Assembly: GCA_038496445.1 (NCBI GenBank)
Contig: JALMLS010000321.1
Location: 164,965-228,964 of the forward strand
Length of the DNA stretch: 64,000 bases
Source: Trichosphaerium sp. ATCC 40318
Lineage: Eukaryota; Protista; Tubulinea
Direction: 5' to 3'
The position numbers were made by a program, and so were the translations under genes. The notes beneath the pieces were generated by a model. The model was not told the origin of the DNA and searched no databases. It saw nothing but the letters and a program-made list of their open reading frames with translations. Of the stretch, positions 55,312-64,000 are shown in pieces. Every line of letters starts with the position of its first letter. Positions within the stretch are counted from its first letter, which is position 1.

Positions 55312-56636
55312 ATGGAAGTACGCCGACGCAAAAAGAGCTCGCAAGAATCACAACCACTTCTCGCAGGAGATGCGTATTCTGACAACGACTACGCAGACGA
55401 TATTACGTATTCGCCGCCTCCATCGCCGCGTAGGAGCGGCGATGGCGTATTCAGTACAGTTTGGGGCGCAATATGCAGCTTTTTCTCCAGCGTATTTACG
55501 AATCGGTCAGGGTCGATAGCAATAGACGTTCGCACGAGGTACAGTAATTACGCGCTCAAATTTTATTTGAAACGCTTTTTTGCAAATTTTACACCTTCCT
55601 GACGCACAACAGACAATGCATGCTTGCCTGGAAAGTTTTTGCGGAAGCCGAATATGATAAAGACAACCCCGAACATGAAGCCGATCTACTGAGGTTGTGG
55701 TCATTGGCATATCCAGACGAGGTACGCGTAAAACACGACCAAATCAAAAAAAAGAGCCTATCAAAGGACTTACCAAAATTATACATAAAATACAAGCATC
55801 CACTTTAATTTTAACTGCCAATTCGTTTGGCAAATTACATGTCACGTGATTCGGTATCCAGCCCATAATCTTTTTTCGTAGCCCAAGATAGGACCTGTAG
55901 ATCCCAAATGGAAGAAGGTACGTGGATTTTGAAGGGAGCTACATATTTATTTCAAATAAATCAAAACATTGGTTTTGCGGTTCGTTGACGCGTCGCCTTT
56001 AGCTTGGGTTTCAACAACAAATTGCAGCAAGTGATTTTAGAGGATCTGGTTTGCTTGGCCTTCGCAATCTGGTGTTCTTCGCCTCCAAGTATCCAAATCA
56101 GTTTCACAGACTGATCGCCAAGAGTACGCCAATATTTGGGAAGCGCTCTCTTTTGTTAAGTTCTTGTCGTGTAGGTGAGGGCAAGGAAGGATATCCATTT
56201 GCATTGGCTGGGCTTAATCTTACAATGCTGTTTTTTGAGCTCCTAGGCTGGGGCTTCAAGAACCCTGACACCTCTACAGCCAGAAAATCAAATACATTTT
56301 ACACACTTGCTACAATGCTCTTTGGCAACGCTCGTAAGTCTTTTTTTTTTTTTTCAATTTCTGTAATCGTGGCTTTTGCCAGTATCTTATTAATTTGTAC
56401 TTTGCATAGTTGGGTTTGAAGACGGCGATGATACAGAAGAATCTACGCGCGTATTTAATGAGCTGTATTGCGTTACTTTTGTGTGGTTAGACAAGTTGTG
56501 GTATGACAACAATGCCTCATACTTTGATTTCCCAAGGATTATATCACTTGCACAAGATAAGCTGGAGAGCATGCTACAAAACACCATTACGAACAAGCAG
56601 CAGCTGTTGAGTTATAACAGTCAGCACATGTCATAG
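55312..56636 (+). CDS. ELMO/CED-12 domain protein (ELMOD-like)
   Basis: YDKDNPEHEADLLRLW, WKKLGFQ....SDFRGSGLLGLRNL, YPFALAGLNLT, FNELYC, W....ASYFDF. Confidence 0.92.
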
Positions 56637-56873
56637 ACACAAACAGGCACACTTGTCTGGCACTGGTTGGCAAGAAACAAAAGGCGCAGTTCATGTTGTA
56701 AAGCGCCACCAAAATTGTAAATTTCGTTAGTTAGTATTTATCAAGTTAAAATTAATCATTTCAAATCCAAAAGTTTTTTTTGTTCAACCAGGTTTTTTTT
56801 TTCTGTGACACATTTTCGTCATTCATCAATTTGAGTCAAATTGAGTTACGCACAATCATAACAGTCGACAAAG

Positions 56874-59238
56874 ATGGCGCTGAGTACAACTTGGGTTTGT
56901 GTAGCATTGTATGTTACAGAAATGTCTAACCACTTCTCAGATTATCGTCATTGCTGTTGGATGTGGTGCTGTGATAGTTGTAGGCATTGTGGTGGCAATC
57001 ATATTCTTTTGTTGCCTCAAAAAGTCAGGGTACGTTTAAATGCATCGCCACGCGTAATCACAGATATGTAGCCCAAGATCCTCAGGTTATAGGAAACTAG
57101 ACATGTCTTCAGCGCTAAACAGAGGTAAAATGTCTCCAATAAATAAATCTAACACTACAATAGCTGTGGGACCTGCTTCAGAACCTCAATCAGTTATTAA
57201 CGGTGTGTAAATACCAAATACAATTGCATTAACAACTGACACGCTCACCCCTCTTTAGAGCGCGCGCTAATGAATGCACGATTTATCATTCGTGCTCTGG
57301 ACTACGAGCTAACTCGACCGCTGTTTGACATTGGTACGGACGATCTTTTTTTTTTTTTTGTTGGCAATTGACATCCACCCTCGCTGTCAGACTTGATTTA
57401 AATTGCGCGTCAAATGTGCCACTAATTGCTTAAAACCAGGTAGACGCAGTAAGACCAAGTACTTTTTCATTGTCAAGAGCTTGAGGTCGCAGGGAGAGAA
57501 GGTCATGTCCATGGTACTGTTATTTACCCTACACACGGTTTTTGACGTAACACAATATGGTGTGTAGGTGAAACGAAGTTCTCTGTGCGACTTGGTGCTC
57601 AACATTGAAGCTGGTCGACGTACACTCAACAATATTCTGCAAGCGCCACGTGTACGCCTAATTATGAATGGATAGCGACCTTGTACTTGACTCTAATGGC
57701 ACTACTAGCACCCTTATATTACGCGTATTTTGGATTCGGACTATATCATAGACAAGGGCACCCTTGTTGTCTTTAGGGATTACAGCAGAGAGGGTTCTCT
57801 CAAGGATCTTATTTACCAAGCAGTCCCAGAAACTAAATACGACCTCAAGTACAACAAGCAAGGAAAACGTACACATATACCACTACCTACCTGGTTTTGT
57901 TAAGTTGATTTACTTGTACCTGTAGCTTTGTCAAACACGCAAATCGCAGTGTTCTCTAGGCAGATACTGGAGGCACTCAAACACTTGGAAGACTCTGGAT
58001 TTCCTTACACGCACCTCCACACAGGTCAGTACCATGCCGCCACGCCCATCAATTTATCACGTGATGATTTCTCGTAAATGTGCCCGTTTTTGACTTGTTT
58101 TTTGTATTCAAGGGAATGTTATCGTGCAAAACGGCATTGCCAAGCTCTCTGATTTAGAAAACGCATTCATGTACCTACCACGCCACTACGAGAATATATT
58201 CAAGGTAGCGAAGAACAGCAACTACAGCGTTGATTACACGTGATGTTGATTTGTAACAAACCGTGTAGGAGTTTGCTAAAAGCAATCCAGAGTCGTTCGC
58301 TCTCGCTGATTTGAACGTTATTGCATTTGGTTGCGTCCTGTACGAGATGGTGACAGGGAGTGAAATGCGTACTATGAATGATTTGAAAACGTTCCCAAGC
58401 AATAAGATTCCACACGTCACAAATGTACGTCAAGCACTACATAGAACAATCTACCTATTCTTTGAGGGTGTATACATCTCACACAATGTTTTGCGGCTGT
58501 AGGTACTGCATTCTATCTTTTATTCCAGTAGAGAGAAAATTATACCAAGTGTCGAGCAGTTGATACTGCAAAAACCTTTCAAACAAGTCAAACTTGACAA
58601 GAAGCTAAAGATAAAGCCTGTACGTCAATAGTGGTCTTCGCCCTCATCTATTCAGTGGTTAGTATCGCTCATCTTGGCTAGATTGCATTTCAGTTGCGTG
58701 AAAAGGAAATGGTAAAGAGGGCGCGCAAGCACAACAGCAAAGTCAGAATCAAGGACAAGGGAGCGATAACACGCAAAGCTGCAAAAAGGTACCTACCTCT
58801 TCTTCTCACTTTTTTATTTGGTTTTTTGCTTCTCCTTTAGATTAGCACTGGCACCTCTCAAAACTATGCTTGCCTTATAGGCTTTTGCATTTTGTTTATT
58901 GCCTCCTTGTGCAAGCCAGTTTTTTTGGGTGTCCAGTTTGTTTTTTTCTCATTTTTTTTTTTGCCAAGTCCTGCACAGAGAAAACGCAGAGCAAAGCAAT
59001 CAGCTGCCAAGTCACTGAATGGCAAGACGTCCGTTGCAGCGACATCCCCAAGTGCGCCCAAGCGTGTCGAAAGTAGTTCATCTGCGCCAGCACCTCCACC
59101 ACCTCCTCCGCCAGTGTCATCGCCTCCTCCACAACAAGGTGCCTTAGGATTTGATTTGCTACTTGCTTTCTTGCTTACTCTTGAGTCACAGGACGTGGTG
59201 CCATGTTGGCTTCTATTCGGGCACTGAATGACGACTGA
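56874..59238 (+). CDS. Slob/PXK-like pseudokinase with N-terminal transmembrane helix, poly-Pro and WH2-like C-terminus
   Basis: TM IIVIAVGCGAVIVVGIVVAIIFF; HPYI, GSLKDLIY, RQILEALKHL..GFPYTHLHTGNV, KLSDLEN, FGCVLYEM; PPPPPPP..GRGAMLASI. Confidence 0.85.
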
Positions 59239-59464
59239 GCAGGCACTGGGGTTGTTTTAGTCTCCTCTCTGTGACAATTATTTTAAAAGCAAATTCCTTG
59301 CTGCCACTGTGGTTTTTACAATCTTTGACAGCGAGATTTTTTTGCTGCCAGCACTAACTAACTGTACAATTAAAAAACAATTATTTGGCCGCCACTCCAC
59401 AATATTTTTTATGGTTCAACTAAAATCTTTGCTGAATTAAAACAACGAACCTCAAGCAAGCAGT

Positions 59465-60078
59465 ATGGTGGCGATTAATGTTGTAATGCCTGCCAACGTT
59501 GATTTTCTTTCCTTAACGTAAAGCATAGGAGAAATTACCGGTGGTGTTGCGTGGTATGCTCAAAAAAAGCGCCCATGGCGAACAAACACTGCGGTTGTGT
59601 ATTGCCTTAGTTTTAGGTACCTCCACAAGGATTTCACACTCCAATTTGACTGCTTGTAAGGTCTGCAAGGCGTTTTAGGCCTTTTTATACCAAGTGTCGT
59701 CAAAGGGTTCCATGGCGCTGGGTTCTTTAGTGCTGGGCTTGCTACTGATCTATTTCAAGTACGTATGCCATTATTGGCGCATTCTCACGTCAGAACAGGC
59801 TAACGCGTTATTGATGTGTTTATTTGGCCTGTTTGCGTTTTATTCGCAGCGTGCGTGAACCTAATGTCGTTTTACAATTGACACGTGTCCTAGGTTGGAA
59901 AGGCGCAGCAAAGCAGGACAGCTTGGTTATTTTTGGAGCATTATTTCCTTTATACACGTTGTGGGAGGTTCTTGCTATCATTTATGGCTCACTGTCATTT
60001 GTAGCATTGCTCAGTGTGCCTATTCATTTAGCACTCACATATGTGTTGTGTGTGCAACTTGGTGTATACAATTTGTAA
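59465..60078 (+). CDS. Small four-transmembrane hypothetical protein (~145 aa), 5 exons
   Basis: In-frame splicing gives four hydrophobic helices (LCIALVLGLQGVLGLFIP; ANALLMCLFGLFAFY; LVIFGALFPLYTLWEVLAIIY; FVALLSVPIHLALTYVLCV). Confidence 0.7.
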
Positions 60079-61304
60079 ATAAAATAAATTTTGAGTCAAA
60101 AAAAATAAAAACAAACATATGGTGAAAGAAATGTACATTTCTTCTACCACATGTGGCCTAAAGAACACAACAAGCAGTATTTTAAAATACTTTCTGCACT
60201 GAGATGTGTGCATTAAACCTACCAGAAAAATGGTATCATAAACACCAAACTCACAGGCAATAGATATATTCAGGGCTAATTGCACTGTTGATGTATCAAA
60301 TGTTGATATGTCATCATCCAATCATATCCCTATCATTGAAGTTGGAATTTGGAAGAAAATGCCTATTTGTGCATGTTTAAATACCTGTTTTTAAGCCAAA
60401 TGTCTGCTAGATGCCAACAAATATCTAGATAATCTCAAGATATATATCTCAGCATGTGTCTCTCAAACCTGTCCAACAATATGTCTAGGCTTACAATTTT
60501 TTTGGTGGTGTTAAACCCAATATGCTTGCATATATTACAAACATAATTAATCTATTAAGTTGGCATTGAAATAAGTGTCAGCTCACAAAAAAATCAAACA
60601 CACAAACCTGGGTTGACAGGTCTGTCCAACAACCCAGATATGGTCTTTTTCTGTAATCTTGGTTGAGATGTGTTTGCATTCATAATATTTGTTTTGTATT
60701 TGTTTATTTTTTAATTGTGTCATTTGGCTGAACTAACCATCCTCAATCAATCTTAGTGTTAGTTGTTAATGTTAGTTTACTAACAATGTAAAAAGGTTTT
60801 TACAAATACAAATAATGTTAAATGGGTAAAACACAACCATATGTGTGATTAACAGCATACATACAAGTACATGACAATTTGTCAACATTTTGCTCTTTTT
60901 GCTTTTTTTTAGATTACCAGTTTGGTTTTGTAAATAAATGATTTTAGGTATAAAACAAGGAAAACTGTTTCCAAAAAAATTTCCCCAAAAAAGTTTGTTG
61001 GTGTAACAGAGTGCAAATAAGCTTCCAACACTCGCACACCATCTTTGTGTTACACCAAAATCAGTTTTTCTCATTTTATAAATATTTTAGGCATCTAACT
61101 TAACCTAGAAAGTCGTTCAAGTCATTCAAATATGTGCTTTTCATAAAGTTAGCCACATTTTATTTAACTTTTATCATCATGACACCATGGACCCACAGGT
61201 GCATATTTAATATTACTGTGCAAAACCATGTTTGTGGTATATGTAATGCTGATGTTAACACTTTACCAATTTCTCTAAATGCAGTTTCAGTACTGGAATC
61301 GGGA

Positions 61305-61501
61305 TTTTGACCCGTACTAAACCCGTACGGAACCCGTACTTTTGACCCGTACTTAACCCGTACGGATTCCGTACTTTTGACCCATACAAAACCCGTACGG
61401 AACCCGTACTTTTGACCCGTACTTAACCTGTACGGGTTCCATATTGTTGACCCGTACTCTACCCGTACGGGTTACATACGGGATCCGTACGGGTAGAGTA
61501 C
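61305..61501 (+). repeat. 35-bp tandem array TTTTGACCCGTAC-N4-CCCGTAC-N4-CCCGTAC (~5 units)
   Basis: Directly visible units with palindromic core CCCGTACGGG. Confidence 0.93.
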
Positions 61502-62161
61502 AATTAAATAGTATGAAAAATTGTAATTATTGGATACAGAATATACTCCTTTTTTTTTCCATACAATGTATGTGTACACATATATCACATGTGTGCCAAA
61601 AACCACAACCATCAGTATACACACTTCAAAAAAAAAAATTTGGCCATCAAATTTTGTTTGGATTGGTGATCAAAAATCCAAAAATTACTGCAATTAAATG
61701 GCAGCTTGTAATCGTAAGGTACAAAAACATGTATTATTAATAGATGAGGGTGTTTTAAGGTTATTAGGGCATTTACTTAAAGTAGGAAAAACTTAATAAA
61801 GTGCAAATGTAGCTTTTTGCTGAATTTTGTTGTTTATTGAATAACTTTGGTCTGACTGTACGAACTGCTCAGAAAATGTAGCATTAGGTATATTTAGGTA
61901 CGATGCATGGTTTCATGATGGTTTGGGGATCAGCTCACCATTTTTAGGCAAAAACAGACAGAAAATATGTATTTGGAGTAGTTTAAGGCTATTATGGCCT
62001 AATAGCTCTATTAAACCACTTTTTAAAGGCGATTATGGGTTTCAAGCATTTTTCTGAAATAGTCGTTAAGTTGTGGATATTAAGTTGGGTTTAGGACAAT
62101 TAAGGCATGATAAAATATCTCCAAACAGGTCAAAAACATGGTCGTTTAGTGGTAATGGGGT

Positions 62162-62213
62162 TGTAATGTAATGTAATGTATTGTAATGTGTTGTAATGTA
62201 AATGTACTTGTAA
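62162..62213 (+). repeat. Degenerate (TGTAA)n microsatellite inside the element; mirror copy at ~63113-63164
   Basis: tgtaatgtaatgtaatgtattgtaatgtgttgtaatgtaa. Confidence 0.85.
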
Positions 62214-62282
62214 TAGTTAAGAAAACAATAAACCAATCCATCGTTTTTATTTTGTGTACACAATTATAACTGCCGACACATA

Positions 62283-62493
62283 TTTTGACCCGTACCTAAC
62301 CCGTACGGGTTCCGTACTTTTGACCCGTACAAAACCCGTACGGAACCCGTACTTTTGACCCGTACTCTACCCGTACGGGTTCCGTACTTTTGACCCGGAT
62401 TAAACCCGTACGTAACCCATACTTCCGACCCGTACAAAACCCATACGGAATCTGTACTTTTTGACCCGTACTCTACCCGTACATTATCCGTAC
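62283..62493 (+). repeat. 35-bp tandem array (6 units), same orientation as the first
   Basis: Directly visible units. Confidence 0.93.
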
Positions 62494-62853
62494 TCCCGAT
62501 TTTACTACTGATAAGGCATTTTTAAACAATGCCTTGTGTTGTTTTACCAAAATGCCCAGTTTTGCCTTTTTCAAAAAGGCAAATACCTGCAATGCCTTAT
62601 ATTTGATGAAAAATGCTTGCATCTGATCACAAGATTGCAATGGTTTTGTTTGCATATTTTAAGAAATAAGCCTTCAAATTAGGACACTCATGCAATGTCT
62701 TATATATGAATTAAAGACATATAATGCTTAAAAAATAAGGCACAAAGTACTTGCAACAGCAGTGGTGAAATCATACAGGACACAAATTGCACATTTTGGA
62801 CATGATTTTTTGTGGCATTTTTTACTAAAACTACTACAGTAGTAAAATCGGGA

Positions 62854-63040
62854 GTACGGATAATGTACAGGTAGAGTACGGGTCAAAAAGTACAGATCCC
62901 GTACGGGTTTTGTACGGGTCAAAAGTACGGGTTATGTACGGGTTTAATCCGGGTCAAAAGTACGGAACCCGTACGGATTAAGTACGGGTTAAAAGTACGG
63001 GTTCCATACGGGTTGAGTATGGGTTAGGTACGGGTCAAAA
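62854..63040 (-). repeat. 35-bp tandem array (5 units), inverted
   Basis: GTACGGG...TCAAAA units. Confidence 0.92.
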
Positions 63041-63839
63041 TATGTGTCGGCAGTTATAATTGTGTACACAAAATAGTAAAAACGATGGATTGGTTTATTG
63101 TTTTCTTAACTATTACAAGTACATTTACATTACAACACATTACAATACATTACATTACATTACAACCCCATTACCACTAAACGACCATGTTTTTGACCTG
63201 TTTGAGGAGATATTTTAGACATCATGCCTTAATTGTCCTAAAACCCAACTTAATATCCACAACTTAACGACTACTTCAGAAAAATGCTTGAAACCCATAA
63301 TCGCCTTTAAAAAGTGGTTTAATAGAGCTATTAGGCCATAATATCCTTAAACTACTCCAAATACATATTTTCTGTCGTTTTTGCCTAAAAATGGTGAGTT
63401 GATCCCCAAACCATCATGAAACCATTTGTACCTAAATATACCTAATGCTACATTTTCTGAGCAGTTCGTACAGTCAGACCAAAGTTATTCAATAAAACAA
63501 CAAAATTCAGCAAAAAGCTACATTTTGCACTTTATTAAGTTTTCTCCTCTACTTTTTAAGTAAATGCCCTAATAACTTTAAAACACCCTCATCTATTAAT
63601 AATACATGTTTTTGTACCTTACGATTACAAGCTGCCATTTAATTGCAGTAATTTTTTTGGATTTTTGATCGCCAAATCCAAACAAAATTTGATGGCCAAA
63701 TTTTTTTTTTTGATTGCAAGTGTATACTGATGGTTGTGGTTTTGGCACACATGTGATATATGTGTACACATACATTGTATGGAAAAAAGAGGAGTATGTT
63801 CTGTATCCAATAATTACAATTTTTCATATTATTTAATTG

Positions 63840-64000
63840 TACTCTACCCGTACGGGTAGAGTACGGGTCAACAATACGGAACCCATACGGGTTAAGTACG
63901 GGTCAAAAGTACGGGTCATGTACGGGTTTTGTACGGGTCAAAAGTACAGAACCCATACGGGTTAAGTACGGGTCAAAAGTACGGGTTCCGTACGGGTTTT
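63840..64000 (-). repeat. 35-bp tandem array, inverted, runs off the window
   Basis: GTACGGG...TCAAAA units. Confidence 0.92.

Larger units (their letters stand above)
61288..62510 (+). mobile_element. Non-autonomous DNA-transposon-like element, copy 1 (1223 bp)
   Basis: Imperfect 17-bp TIRs CAGTACTGGAATCGGGA (61288-61304) and TCCCGATTTTACTACTG (62494-62510), 14/17 matching; subterminal arrays at both ends; non-coding AT-rich core; second copy nearby. Confidence 0.75.
62837..64000 (-). mobile_element. Same element, copy 2, inverted and truncated by the window end
   Basis: Begins CAGTAGTAAAATCGGGA at 62837 and is the reverse complement of copy 1 throughout, with scattered substitutions and small indels. 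Confidence 0.78.

Noticed and set aside
59236-59275. TGA readthrough to complete the WH2 motif of the pseudokinase
   Set aside because: The downstream frame (AGTGVVLVSSL) contains no LKK-like motif.
59483-59528. U12-type branch sequence TTCCTTAAC in the first intron of the 4-TM gene
   Set aside because: The donor is GTAATG rather than the U12 RTATCCT, so there is no support for a minor intron.
61444-63827. Short ORFs within the repeat elements as transposase remnants
   Set aside because: No DDE, BED or HTH motifs, and the frames are not preserved between the two copies.
61305-64000. CRISPR-like or telomeric interpretation of the CCCGTAC arrays
   Set aside because: Variable parts are only 4-6 nt and recur, there are no unique spacers or cas genes, and the arrays are internal, bounded by TIRs and 35 bp in period.

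Overview
Compact, intron-dense eukaryotic nuclear DNA read in the standard code, with introns mostly ~40-70 nt, donors typically GTACGT/GTAAGT/GTATGT and CTAAC-type branch points. The gene set (huntingtin, Dictyostelium-style Clu-domain protein, Slob-like pseudokinase, Zn2Cys6 factor, PLC-delta, RasGAP) suggests an amoebozoan-like protist; this is inference. About 22 protein genes are packed almost end to end from 1 to 60078, many as head-to-head pairs. In order: a partial intronless F-box/MORN-variant repeat gene (absent from the ORF track), condensin CAP-D2, a large Clu-TPR-RCC1-SAM protein, phytochelatin synthase, an orphan mitochondrial-type protein, AP endonuclease, a coiled-coil orphan, PLC, a Zn2Cys6 factor, a PH-SH3 protein, NOA1/YqeH GTPase, huntingtin, CWC2, QPRT, GET4, Hsp110, RasGAP-WD40, SmD1, a proline-rich protein, an ELMO-domain protein, a Slob/PXK-like pseudokinase and a small 4-TM protein. 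An intronless tRNA-Tyr(GUA) faces a truncated inverted copy of itself at 6.6-7.0 kb. The last ~4 kb is gene-free and holds two inverted copies of a ~1.2 kb non-autonomous DNA-transposon-like element with 17-bp imperfect TIRs and 35-bp CCCGTAC subterminal arrays, forming a >2.7 kb palindrome. Splicing oddities include frequent GC-AG introns, many AAG acceptors, a 9-nt micro-exon and an apparent GT-CG intron. I found no convincing novel multi-gene system. Gene models were spliced by hand, so CDS coordinates are first-to-last coding base including introns.
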